A program made the position numbers and the translations under genes. From an uncultured Planctomycetota bacterium (GTDB lineage Bacteria; Planctomycetota; Planctomycetia; Pirellulales; Thermoguttaceae), in the NCBI GenBank assembly GCA_902772705.1, contig CACYBR010000134.1, positions 1 through 55,525 on the forward strand: a stretch of 55,525 nt of DNA, given 5' to 3'. Every line of letters starts with the position of its first letter. Position 1 is the first letter of the stretch. Shown one piece after another: positions 47,201 to 55,525 of this stretch. The notes under the pieces are model-generated. The model did no database searches, was not told the origin of the DNA, and saw only the letters and a program-made list of their open reading frames with translations.

Positions 47201-49537
47201 GAGAGAACCGGTCGCGTACATCGTCGCTCCGTCGCCAATGTCGATAACAAGACCACCGTCGCCGCTGGTATTGCCAGAATAGGTTATCGAATTGACCTGA
47301 GTCACATCATCTTCGACGAGCGTTTGACCAATTGTAAGTCTTCCGGATGTAAGAATGAGATTATTGGCAAACTTCAGTCCGTCTTCTACATTGTCTGTGT
47401 CAAGAACAAAGGACAGCGTATTATCGCTAAGGTTGGTGATAGGAGCGTTGCCAATCGCGCTGTTCCAATAGCGCAGGTCTGCGTCGTCCGTCGTTACTGA
47501 AAAAGAACTTACTTTCGCAGTAAGGTTGCCAGACGTCAATGTGTAAGCATAAACGCCGTTGGGATTAGCGATCACAACGTTTCCATCCTCGTCTCTTGAA
47601 ACGCCTGTGTTGGAAACGGTCAAAGTCGAACCGGAATCAAGACGAACATCGATCGAGTTAGCCAGCGAATTACTGGAAGCTAGCATTCCAGAAAGAGTTC
47701 CGGAAGCGCCGGAAAGTATCATGGGAACAGAGTTTCCGGAAAGAACGACGTCGTTGACGATGTTGACGTTGTCGCCGAACTCAATCGCCGCCGTCTGATC
47801 TGATTCGTCAGTACGGGTATAGAAAACAGTTCCATAACCAAACGCGCCGTCGTTTTTGACACGAATCGTGCCATTCTGAATTTCAGTATTATAAGCGCCT
47901 TCGGCGCCTTCAAGTCTGCTGTTCCCGGAAAGCGTCAGCGTTCCAGTTCCCTGCTTCCGGAGGAGCCCGTCGCCAACAACGACGCCAGCGTAGGACGAAT
48001 CGGAGTCGCCGGTAACAGTGAGTTCCTGATCGTTGAGATTAATCAGAGCTCCCGATCCTCCGTAAAGACCCTTGACGGATTGATTGGTTCTGAGCTCAAC
48101 TTCGCCTGCTTCTACGTCCAAAGCAGAATAAGGGCTGATTGCGCCTTCTCCGTCTGCGACTAGTTTGCCCGCCAGGACGGTTGTATCGCCAGCATAGGAC
48201 GAGCCTGCGGCCTGCAGATATAACGTTCCCTCGCCTGTCTTGACGACGCCGCTCATATTCTCGTAATTACCGTCAGCGTCCGCTGAAGCCTCCGAAAATC
48301 CCGCATAGCCGCCGATGTTGTCTGAAACGTAATACTGACCGCCTTCGGCAACCTCGATCGTCAGATCGTTCATAAGGAAAACGCCATTACCGACAGCCTC
48401 GCCATCCTCAGCCGTTCCGCCTCCGCCGACGCCGGCAATAGCCGAACTACCGTATATTCCAGCGGAAGATTCCTCTGAAACGGCAATTGTGAGCCGGGCT
48501 TCCTCGCCAACAAAGATAGCAGCGCCAAGAGCCGCGCCGCCGCCGCCAGCGCCACCGCCCTGAGTATCGGAAAACTGTTCGCTCGTGACGGTTTCTATAT
48601 AACCGCCGTCGCCGCCGCCAATGCCGCCAAGTCCCGCGTTAAGAGCGTCGCCGCCACCGCCGCCACCGCCGCCAAAGCCTCCGTTGCCGCCTTCAAGACC
48701 GCCGGCGCCACCGCCGCCGCCAAGACCGCCGGCGCCGCCAACCGCTATTGACGCGCCACCGCCGCCGCCTGCAAGCGAATTACCGCCAACCGGCGTCGTC
48801 TTGTCAACGTAATGAGCGAAAGAATCTGCAACGTTTTCGTCCGTCACGCCGCCGTCGCCGGCCAAGCGCTCAGGCGTAGAATCAGCGCCGTTCGCAAAAA
48901 CCTTGCCGCCGTCAGCCGCGCCTGTTTCTCCGACAACTCCGCTTCCACCGGCGCCGCCTATGCCTCCGCCGCCGCCGTAGGACTGAGACTCTTGAAGAAC
49001 GCGACCGCCGTCGCCTCCCTTCACAGCGCTGTACGCTGCCGAGACGTCGCTCAAAATCACGTCGCCGCTAAACGCGTAGATTGCCGCGCCCGCGCCCATG
49101 CCGCCGCCGCCGCCGCTCGCTCCGTCGCCGCCGTTGCCGCCTGCGGCGTAGCAATTAGCAAAGACAACGCTCGAAACCGTTACCGAACCTCCTGCTTCCT
49201 CCGTGTCAACATAAAGTCCACGGTACGAGTTGACGCCGTCAATCGCATAACCGTTGCCCTCGATTGCCAAAGAACCGCTTTCAACTCCGACAAGATCAAC
49301 GTTACCCGTAATTGCCGGGAGGTTTCCAGACAAAGCAATATCGTTTTTCAGAACGATCTGGTAATCTTTACCTGTATTGCCGTTAAATTCTGAGATAGCG
49401 GCCGCCAGCTCGTCGTAAGTTGAAACATAACGAGTTTCAGCGCCGAAGGCCATTGGCGCGACTCCGAAAAGAGCCAAATAAATGAGCGCGCCTCGCCATT
49501 TCTTGGACTTCTTCGTCATCCTATTTGAAAAACTCAT
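44222..49537 (-). CDS. Giant type Va autotransporter adhesin (beta-helical passenger, Gly-rich tract, C-terminal beta-barrel)
   Basis: 1771 aa. The signal peptide is KKWRGALIYLALFGVAPMAFGAE. The passenger has autotransporter-associated beta-strand repeats (GTGTLTLSGNS, GDGTLILDGTG). A Gly-rich segment spans about residues 130-330. The C-terminal 280 aa or so is barrel-like with alternating hydrophobic strands and ends ...GHAGMTYTW. Confidence 0.85.
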   Translation of the reverse strand: MSFSNRMTKKSKKWRGALIYLALFGVAPMAFGAETRYVSTYDELAAAISEFNGNTGKDYQIVLKNDIALSGNLPAITGNVDLVGVESGSLAIEGNGYAIDGVNSYRGLYVDTEEAGGSVTVSSVVFANCYAAGGNGGDGASGGGGGMGAGAAIYAFSGDVILSDVSAAYSAVKGGDGGRVLQESQSYGGGGGIGGAGGSGVVGETGAADGGKVFANGADSTPERLAGDGGVTDENVADSFAHYVDKTTPVGGNSLAGGGGGASIAVGGAGGLGGGGGAGGLEGGNGGFGGGGGGGGDALNAGLGGIGGGDGGYIETVTSEQFSDTQGGGAGGGGAALGAAIFVGEEARLTIAVSEESSAGIYGSSAIAGVGGGGTAEDGEAVGNGVFLMNDLTIEVAEGGQYYVSDNIGGYAGFSEASADADGNYENMSGVVKTGEGTLYLQAAGSSYAGDTTVLAGKLVADGEGAISPYSALDVEAGEVELRTNQSVKGLYGGSGALINLNDQELTVTGDSDSSYAGVVVGDGLLRKQGTGTLTLSGNSRLEGAEGAYNTEIQNGTIRVKNDGAFGYGTVFYTRTDESDQTAAIEFGDNVNIVNDVVLSGNSVPMILSGASGTLSGMLASSNSLANSIDVRLDSGSTLTVSNTGVSRDEDGNVVIANPNGVYAYTLTSGNLTAKVSSFSVTTDDADLRYWNSAIGNAPITNLSDNTLSFVLDTDNVEDGLKFANNLILTSGRLTIGQTLVEDDVTQVNSITYSGNTSGDGGLVIDIGDGATMYATGSLDHATTIIKSGTLNIVNSSDANVDLGKLSSEGNGVLEVGAKNLVVNFDSGEAAFDGTIVADDEGTTIYKDGTGEWTLNLTNDSNVKSIQIVAGTLSLGENHYDGGSYLSNDFEMEVWSAGRFLHSTTNGATIVLNHFNASNAGSVVEIGENDELVLSNQNTSTRIAANLAGSGWLFLENVVDSEGNVAPWVLNGDNSDWSGTIAAYDNNAQLTLASPNAGSENSTINLGAHGKLNVAASTTLGALDFDNNLTINATSGTTLTLNGLTSSVQWLDDSVTTIDGGGSVKLNAGAGRSYYGETLVTNGSSLILSGDNTSGAEYGAYRRATTLSKGGSLVMDYGDQGSDGVWTSLWGSDINIDGEGTIAINDVLKLQADQNGSYTQYTGTVDFSDDIHFVGEDSNELTFSVANNYATVQLHSAIEGSGNLIKKGDGTLILDGTGGFDSVAVNEGILQLGTSASAVNDQLGASSVVISGGVLAGWTDSLGSVKLNSGVLNMLSTGTVFLNDTDSALTMDGGTIYVNVLDADNYTNFKTTDENATVALNSGAIYVDTASSGADLASGSNLTIVETSAGNLTADDSKFLIYDDISGKRFVVDRESLADGKFNLVLKDSLFAEVGTSPNEKAIGRYLDSWVDSGSMDSDTNNFINQLENEIDSNPHVLNQLTGELRLSAFKAQVQSHNLIRQTLTQNVLPDSTTGITVGALSALRGQTYEEEGGLTGWMSALAAFGDADAHNGTSGYNFDLLGGMVGVEVGSSATNQFGFFFSYSNLQLDAGNPMGRVKLNDEQFGAYLRFSDDWGYTFATGSIGISDYDVTRSIELSRSAALRYNGEADGWSGSAYLERGFNFCLPASNLQPYGGLQYTHLHADDYKEVGALRSLSVKTGDVDYNSLEGVLGVRWLKSTLLGARQFDFNAYTNWTHEFLDASPDSYISLAGRPDGSIRIIGNSTGRDWIYAGIGGKIHYTDSFSVFGGADVQVNDYTSYVNGHAGMTYTW

Positions 49538-50459
49538 GGTATTCCTTCCTTGAAATTCGCGTCTTTTCAGCGTCTTTCAGCCTCAAATCGCGCCAATTGT
49601 AATTCAAGACGACGCTTCCTGCGTCGTTATATAGATCTGAAAAACCGGATTCCCTTCCTGAATTGTCAGATCCGAACGCCGTAAAACGAATCAATCACAG
49701 ACGTCAAAAAGTACGGCGCCTATTCAGCGTTGTTGGTTATATCGTCCGTCGTAGTCCTAAAGTTTCCATATTTTTTATCATTTCAGATAAAAAAGTCGAA
49801 AACCGTACGTCAAGAACTTTTAACAAAAAGGTCCCATCCTCGCAAATCGAAAAGAAGACCTTAATCATCACACTCGGGTCGAACGAAGGAATTCACAAAA
49901 AACGACCAAACGTCATACGACTAAACGTCGTTTTTCTGCGCGTCTCCAAGACTCCTTCTTTTCTTCGCCAACACCTGAGGAGGGTAAAGAATCACGTCGT
50001 CGCAATCAATACGTCTTTTAATGCGTCAGCCAACGCCGTTCATTGTTTTCACTTTGCGCAAACACCTTGTTTTGCGCATCTTTACAAAAAATCAAAAAAT
50101 CCTTTAATTTGTTTCAGAAAGAACGAAACTCCCGAAATCTGTATTGACGGAGTTTCCGCTTATTGGCTACTATGAGGCGTCGATTGACCTAAGACCTGAC
50201 GGTTTTGTATCGGTCTTGAACGTTGTGCCAGTTGAAACGACGCTTTTTTTCAAAAGTCAGCAAATTGACCCAAAATGTTTCAAGAACGTGGTAAATCAGT
50301 CAAATGATTTCGTACTTGTTATGGACGCTACGGCTGTCCTCAAGAAACGGTCAAAGCTTAGGCTTTTGTCAGAGTTCCCCCAGACGTAAATAAGCGAATC
50401 ACTTTCATGAGTCGTGTGCTTCAAAACATGAACCACAGGCTCCGAAAAAAACAAGAATC

Positions 50460-51305
50460 ATGTCTAAAGTCAAAACGCATTCCGAAGAAACCGTTGTTCC
50501 TCTCAGGAAGATTTCACACTCTTTTGAATCGAATATCAAGCGTCTCTCCATGCGTCAGAACCATAGCGAACGGAGTCGCTCTTTTGCACATATTCTCGCG
50601 TCCCCTGTTCATTATGAACCCAACTATGCGTACCCCCTTCTGGTTTGGCTTCATGATGCGGGCAAGTCTGAACTTGAACTTTTTGACGTTGTTCCAAAGA
50701 TCTCCTCTCAGAATTACGTTGCCGTCGCCCCTCGTGGAATCTCTAGTCCTACACGTCGGATTGTCCGTAGTCGCATCAACGGTCGTCTAATCGACGAAAA
50801 GAGTTGGACGGAACCCTGTAACGATTGGCCTGAAACGGAGGATTGCATTTCAGAAGCGGAGAATCTTGTCTTCGATTCAATCGATCAGGCGATGGGTAAA
50901 TTCAACATCAATTCTCGCCGCATTTTCCTGCTTGGTCGTGGAACCGGAGCAACAATGGCGTTGCGGCTCGCTTTTCGCAATCCCAGCGAGTTCGCCGGCG
51001 TAGTTTCCATAGACGGCGCGTTTCCTTCTCTGGACAACCTTCTTCTTCGCAACTGGCGCTCTCTCCGAGATCTTCCCATCCTTATGACAACGGGAGGAAT
51101 TTCAGCCTCTCTTTCGGCCAAACAGCTCCGTCTTATGCATACGGCCGGCATGACGGTCGTCATTCGACAGTACAACGAAAATCCCGGAACGCCTAACTCA
51201 TCCCGGCTTCGTATGGACAGAATTCTTGCCGACGTTAATCGTTGGACGATGAAACGAGCATTGAATCCTCTAGCGCCAATCGCCGAACTGTTCGGCCATC
51301 GCTAG
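50460..51305 (+). CDS. Alpha/beta-hydrolase-fold protein of the phospholipase/carboxylesterase type, apparently lacking the catalytic triad
   Basis: 281 aa. PLLVWLHDAGKSE and RIFLLGRGTGATMALRLAF align by eye to PxxxxLHGxG and GFSQGGxMAL, with no Ser at the nucleophile elbow. Confidence 0.55.
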   Translation: MSKVKTHSEETVVPLRKISHSFESNIKRLSMRQNHSERSRSFAHILASPVHYEPNYAYPLLVWLHDAGKSELELFDVVPKISSQNYVAVAPRGISSPTRRIVRSRINGRLIDEKSWTEPCNDWPETEDCISEAENLVFDSIDQAMGKFNINSRRIFLLGRGTGATMALRLAFRNPSEFAGVVSIDGAFPSLDNLLLRNWRSLRDLPILMTTGGISASLSAKQLRLMHTAGMTVVIRQYNENPGTPNSSRLRMDRILADVNRWTMKRALNPLAPIAELFGHR

Positions 51306-51316
51306 GAATTATTCCG

Positions 51317-51347
51317 GGCAGGCGTTGAAAAGACGCCTGCCTTTTTT
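51317..51347 (+). terminator. Rho-independent terminator
   Basis: ggcaggcgt - 7-nt loop - acgcctgcc, followed by tttttt. Confidence 0.8.
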
Positions 51348-51386
51348 GTCGATCGGTCATCTATATGTCGGACAGTCTTTTTTTCA

Positions 51387-51788
51387 ATGAAAAGCACAGA
51401 ACTTCGTCAATCCCCGTGCATACCAGTCGATTTCACAAGAATCGAAGCGCAACTTGAAAAGATCTGCCGTCAGGCCGAGGATCGATTGGAAAATCTCCTT
51501 TCTGACGAACGTCTTCGGTTATATGCTGAACCTGAAAAGATTTCCTCAACTTCATCGTCAAACGAGACTCATTCAGCTTCGCCGCATTTATCGTTTGAAC
51601 TACGTTTGGGCGCAACTCGCCTTTCGCAGGATGAACTGGAATCAAAAAAAATCGACGAAATTCTCCCTCTGACCGAGTCCGAAAAAGGTCTTGTTCAAAT
51701 ATGTTCCCGTGGAAAGATATGCGGTAAAGGCGTTTTACTCATTGTCGAGGGAAAACTCGCCGTGAAAATTATAGAAATCTTCAGGTAG
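51387..51788 (+). CDS. Small protein with a C-terminal FliN/SpoA (FliMN_C)-like domain
   Basis: 133 aa. LSFELRLGATRLSQDELESKKIDEILPLTESEKGLVQICSRGKICGKGVLLIVEGKLAVKIIEI matches the SpoA pattern (..v.lG...l...el..l..G..l.L.....v.i...g..ia.Gel..v.g..avrI.ei). Confidence 0.55.
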   Translation: MKSTELRQSPCIPVDFTRIEAQLEKICRQAEDRLENLLSDERLRLYAEPEKISSTSSSNETHSASPHLSFELRLGATRLSQDELESKKIDEILPLTESEKGLVQICSRGKICGKGVLLIVEGKLAVKIIEIFR

Positions 51789-51883
51789 ACTTTCAGGAGA
51801 CATTCACCGACCGTCAATGGCAAGGGATCGCCGACGAACCGTCGACGATCCCTTGAAATTTTTGAACCCCGTCTTGAATCGAT

Positions 51884-52705
51884 TCAATAGAAGCAACCGG
51901 GGACGTACCGACCAACCGGCTGCAGTTCGGTGATATACAGGTTTTTGAACCAGACTCTATCGTTGTGATCCTGGAGTAAGATACGCCCGACGGTTGTCGT
52001 TCCAAACTCAGGGGTATCCTTGAATTTGCTCTTTTCAACGCCCCGATTCCACTCCTCCGAGCCAACGTCAACCGAGACGATCAGTTCGTCGTTAAGATAA
52101 TGTTCGATATGGTTGCCTAGAACAATAATCTTACCCTTATTAAACTCGCCCATCCGAATCTTCTGCGTTCCTTCCCGAGGAACAACAACGTCGTAAAGAG
52201 CGGCTGTCTGGTAACGCGGCGGATTATCCTTGTGAGCTATATCGTCAAAAATCTGGTATTCGCATCCCATTCCCCAACCATCAGTGTTCCAGGAACGATA
52301 CTTTACGCCACTATTACCTTTTTCGCAGACCTTGAATTCAAATTCAAGAATGAAGTTCTCATATTTTCCTTCAAGATACAGGTCGCCGCTATTCTTTTCG
52401 CGGTAGATTACGCCGTCTTCAACCTTCCATCCTTCGCCGGGAGCTTCCCCCTTGACGTTTGTCCAGCCTGAAAGGTCTTCGCCGTTAAAGATGGAACGAC
52501 GCGTTCCCTCATAAACGTTGCTTTGAACGGCGGAACTATTCCAGACGTTCGCACAATCGACACGATAATTTGAAAGTCGTGAGAAAAAATTTGCCGCCCC
52601 TGGAAATAATTGCGCCTGAGCGGCAGAAGTCGATAACGTCGTCACAACGAGGACGCTCATAAGTCCGAAGCGAAGGATCGCCTTACCATTCATTATTTGC
52701 TCCAA
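51884..52705 (-). CDS. Secreted DUF1080 (3-keto-disaccharide hydrolase-like) domain protein
   Basis: 273 aa with a signal peptide. It reads GEGWKVEDGVIYREKNSGDLYLEGKYENFILEFEFKV..GNSGVKYRS...GRILLQDHNDRVWFKNLYITEL. Confidence 0.75.
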   Translation of the reverse strand: MEQIMNGKAILRFGLMSVLVVTTLSTSAAQAQLFPGAANFFSRLSNYRVDCANVWNSSAVQSNVYEGTRRSIFNGEDLSGWTNVKGEAPGEGWKVEDGVIYREKNSGDLYLEGKYENFILEFEFKVCEKGNSGVKYRSWNTDGWGMGCEYQIFDDIAHKDNPPRYQTAALYDVVVPREGTQKIRMGEFNKGKIIVLGNHIEHYLNDELIVSVDVGSEEWNRGVEKSKFKDTPEFGTTTVGRILLQDHNDRVWFKNLYITELQPVGRYVPGCFY

Positions 52706-53037
52706 AACAACACTAACAACCGAAACTTACGGAAGACTCAAACCAAATGGAACGCATAATTCTCCCCAATAACAAGGGAGGAACAAGTAACGAGCGTACT
52801 TTTCAAGCGCGCCTATTTTCCCCATTATACCCATAGCCGTTCAGTTCTCAACTTTCAGACATAAAAACACCATTTTTACGCTTATTTTTTATCGGTTATT
52901 TGGATTTTATTAAATATTACGAACATATGGTCGACACAGGATAATGGGGGGCTGTTTTAGTTAGCAATCAGTCTTGCGACGCTTAACAAGAAACCTGCCG
53001 TTCTCCTTGTCGCTTGTCGTAATCCCTGAAAGAGCTA

Positions 53038-53066
53038 TTGCGTTCCCCTCTGCAATTCGCTACACT
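53038..53066 (+). promoter_or_regulatory. Candidate promoter of the PPIase gene
   Basis: TTGCGT-N17-TACACT. The TTG of the -35 box is what the ORF track used as a start codon. Confidence 0.3.
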
Positions 53067-53145
53067 CCCCAAGGTAGTCGAGTCCCGTTTTTGTGATGCT
53101 CCATCACGAAAAGAGGCGCTCTGGATTTTAACGGTGGAAAGTTGT

Positions 53146-54432
53146 ATGTCCCGTCAAATTTTGGATAGTAAACAATCGCGAAAAGGCGCGAGCAATTTGT
53201 CGGTAAATCCAACTATGCTCTCACTGTCTGCTATTCTACTTGGAGTCGCTTTCGTCGTCTTTCCCATATCGCATGCGCTCCTCGCCCAGGAATTGGAACA
53301 ATCAGCCGTCCCGACTCAGGCCAATCTTATGACTCGTACCTATTATGACGGCGCCGAAACAATCGGTCGGGTGGGACAGGTCGCAATTCTTCGCCGGGAT
53401 ATTCTGCATCAAATCAAAAAGATCGCTCACATGCAGTATCTCGAAGAGATTAAGAAGCTCCCCGAGGCGGAAAGAGAAAAGCATCGTCAGGAATACAAAG
53501 ACGGACTTCTCAACGGTTACCTCAATAGCAGCCAGGTTTACTCGCAGGTTCTCGATCAGCATATCCGAAAACTTCTCTTTTACAACGACTATGTCGTGAG
53601 CCGTCCCAAGGAACAGGTTAAGGAACAGACAGAGCAGCTTGAAAAAGAGTTTGATTCTAAGTATGTGCCTGAACTTCAGAATCAGTTCAACTGCAAAACA
53701 ATGAAAGAGCTCGAGGAGTATTTCGAAAACGAAGTTCAAACGGACTTTGCTCAGGAAAAGCGTATGTTTATCCAACAAACGCTCGGTGAATTGTGGATGA
53801 ACTATAATCTCGGAGAAGAAGACTTCACGCCTACTCTTTCTGATCTCAAACGTTACTACAACGCCAATCAGGAAAACTACAAAGTTCCCGCCAAAATCGA
53901 ATGGCAAAGCATGACGGTCTATTATGGACGCGAACGGACCAGAGAAGACGCGTTGCGAAAGATTGCTCACATGGGCAACGCCGTGCAAAGCGCCGCTCCT
54001 GAAAAACAAGAAGCGATGTTTGCCGAAGTCTGCCGCGTTGATTCGGAAGACGCGTTCGCAAAGGAGGGTGGTCGTCGTGAATCGTCCGAGCGCGGCGCGC
54101 TCCGCTCAGAGAAGATTGAGAACGCCGTTTTCAGCGAAAGTCTTCCTGTCGGCAAGCTTAGCCAGATTATTGAGGATCAGTCTTCCTTTACAATCGTTCG
54201 CGTTATTTCCCGCGAAAAAGAACGCGTCAAATCATTCTCCGAAGTTCAGGAAGAGGTTCGTGACAAACTCGTCGAGGACCGTACTGAAGCGATGAAAAAG
54301 AAATATGAAGAACGCCTCAGCGCGCGCTTCTCCGTTGAAATTTACGCCCTGACAAAAGAAGAACGAGAGAAATGTTTCCGATCGGCAAATCGAGAAGAGC
54401 TTTCGGCCACTGGGCGTAAAACATACTACTGA
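53146..54432 (+). CDS. Membrane-anchored SurA/PpiD-like chaperone with a parvulin-type PPIase domain
   Basis: I prefer the start at ATG 53146, which gives MSRQILDSK... and the anchor LSLSAILLGVAFVVFPI. The C-terminal rotamase-like segment is GGRRESSERGALRSEKIENAVFSESLPVGKLSQIIEDQSSFTIVRVISRE. Confidence 0.65.
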   Translation: MSRQILDSKQSRKGASNLSVNPTMLSLSAILLGVAFVVFPISHALLAQELEQSAVPTQANLMTRTYYDGAETIGRVGQVAILRRDILHQIKKIAHMQYLEEIKKLPEAEREKHRQEYKDGLLNGYLNSSQVYSQVLDQHIRKLLFYNDYVVSRPKEQVKEQTEQLEKEFDSKYVPELQNQFNCKTMKELEEYFENEVQTDFAQEKRMFIQQTLGELWMNYNLGEEDFTPTLSDLKRYYNANQENYKVPAKIEWQSMTVYYGRERTREDALRKIAHMGNAVQSAAPEKQEAMFAEVCRVDSEDAFAKEGGRRESSERGALRSEKIENAVFSESLPVGKLSQIIEDQSSFTIVRVISREKERVKSFSEVQEEVRDKLVEDRTEAMKKKYEERLSARFSVEIYALTKEEREKCFRSANREELSATGRKTYY

Positions 54433-54448
54433 ATACCTACGTTTCCCG

Positions 54449-54489
54449 AAAAACGCCGTCGTTCGAACTACAGAGCGACGGCGTTTTTT
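54449..54489 (+). terminator. Rho-independent terminator
   Basis: acgccgtcg with cgacggcgt forms a 9-bp stem that extends through A/T pairs. tttttt follows. Confidence 0.8.
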
Positions 54490-54520
54490 ATGGAATCTGT
54501 CCTAATCTCTGGATCAGAAA

Positions 54521-55525
54521 ATGAATGCGAAGCCTGACTTTCTGGAACAACGTTTGCTTAAGGTCTTTCCCGTTGACCAATGGTCCTATCGACGAGTCTG
54601 TCTCGCGACGTCAGGAGGGCCTGATAGCGTCGCAATGGTTCGCGCGATGGCTTCAATTGCCGAACAAAACAGAATCCGGGACAAATTGCTGATTGTTACG
54701 GTGAACCATTGTCTCCGTGGAAGCGAGTCTGAAGAAGACGTCGCTTTTGTCCGCAATTTCGGAAAAAAACTACACCTTCCTGTCGACGTCAGAACTGTCG
54801 ACTCCAACGTCCTCAGAGAAGAAACAAAACGTTTAGGAAGTCTTGAAAGCGCCGCTCGCAATTTGCGTTACCAGCTTCTTTGCGACGCAGCGCACGAATT
54901 CAGCGCGCGGTATATCGTAACGGCCCACCACGCCGGCGATCAACTGGAAACAATACTATTTCGTCTGTTTCGAGGTTCGGGCGCTGAAGGACTTCGCGGA
55001 GTCGTCCCCATCAGAGCGCTCGACGCTTCTCTAACGCTCGTTCGTCCAATGCTTGAAATCACCAGAGAAGAAATCCTTGCTTATCTTGAAAAGCTGAAGC
55101 AGGATTACCGAACCGATTCGTCAAACATTTCCTCCGTTTTTACGCGAAATCGAATCCGTAACGAACTCGTTCCCGTCCTGAACGACGTCTTTCCTAATCG
55201 CTGGCAAAACGCTCTACTGCGTTTAGCTGAGCAAAGCGACGAAATCAACGCTTTGCTGGAAGCGCGTGTTGACGAATTGGAATATGAATTACGAGCAAGT
55301 AATGAACGTGAAAAAAGGTATCTTCAAACGTTGTGCTCGCTTAACGCCGTTTTGCCCGTCTTCGGCAAAACGAGTCAGAATTCGATCGATATTCCGCTCT
55401 CGCCCCTGCAAAAAGCCCCTAACGAAATCCTCAAGCGGTATTTCAGAAGGCTGTGGCGCCGCCTGAACTGGCCTCTCCGAGACATGGGATACGAGGAATG
55501 GAACAGACTCGCAGAAGCGGTAAAA
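54521..55525 (+). CDS. tilS: tRNA(Ile)-lysidine synthase (partial; continues past the window end)
   Basis: It is absent from the ORF track because it has no stop. My translation from ATG 54521 gives 335 codons without a stop. The PP-loop is LATSGGPDSVAMV, followed by TAHHAGDQLETILFRLFRGSG and VRPML. Confidence 0.85.
   Translation, partial: MNAKPDFLEQRLLKVFPVDQWSYRRVCLATSGGPDSVAMVRAMASIAEQNRIRDKLLIVTVNHCLRGSESEEDVAFVRNFGKKLHLPVDVRTVDSNVLREETKRLGSLESAARNLRYQLLCDAAHEFSARYIVTAHHAGDQLETILFRLFRGSGAEGLRGVVPIRALDASLTLVRPMLEITREEILAYLEKLKQDYRTDSSNISSVFTRNRIRNELVPVLNDVFPNRWQNALLRLAEQSDEINALLEARVDELEYELRASNEREKRYLQTLCSLNAVLPVFGKTSQNSIDIPLSPLQKAPNEILKRYFRRLWRRLNWPLRDMGYEEWNRLAEAVK

Noticed and set aside
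45230-49393. Multiple + strand ORFs within the autotransporter gene, including the poly-Pro ORF 48621..48812
   Set aside because: These are mirror images of the Gly-rich and repeat-rich minus-strand coding sequence. The PPPP runs are simply the complement of GGN Gly codons.
49663-50175. 170-aa + strand ORF upstream of the autotransporter
   Set aside because: It has a non-ATG start, a very basic low-complexity product and no RBS. It lies in an AT-rich divergent promoter region.
53302-54009. 235-aa minus-strand ORF
   Set aside because: It is antisense to the PPIase/SurA-like gene. The long antisense frame arises from the Lys/Glu-rich sense coding.

Overview
This is a 55.5-kb chromosomal segment of roughly 50% GC. 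It carries about 38 protein genes, two tRNAs, and no rRNA, CRISPR array, transposase, integrase or phage genes that I could recognise. Several protein motifs suggest a PVC-superphylum, Planctomycetota-like bacterium. These are LExRxLLS-type N-termini, DUF1080 and PmoA-like families, a Tat-signal xylose-isomerase-like TIM barrel, Pmp-repeat adhesins and a Ser/Thr kinase joined to WD40 repeats. That assignment is inference only.

Housekeeping genes are interleaved with secreted and hypothetical proteins:
- Housekeeping: pilT, pilB, pheA, dtd, a TrmH-family methyltransferase, rsgA, accD, rpe, topA, tilS, tRNA-Ala(CGC) and tRNA-Val(CAC).
- Secreted or accessory: two giant Pmp-repeat/beta-helix proteins (one a classical autotransporter), a small CAZyme cluster (GH43, DUF4091-like, alpha/beta hydrolase, GNAT), an orphan histidine kinase and an atypical HTH-receiver protein.

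I found no clear multi-gene defence or mobile system. The observations most worth following up are:
1. A Phe-rich 20-codon leader ORF plus a terminator directly upstream of pheA, resembling an enterobacterial-style attenuator in a non-proteobacterial context.
2. A Ser/Thr-kinase/TPR/WD40 gene interrupted by a single in-frame TAG inside kinase subdomain X/XI.
3. A four-gene operon of unknown function built around a membrane-anchored trypsin-like protease.
4. Several unexplained long intergenic regions containing repeats, a shared 10-12-mer and promoter-plus-hairpin units.

All homology calls come from motif recognition by eye. No database search or folding calculation was run.
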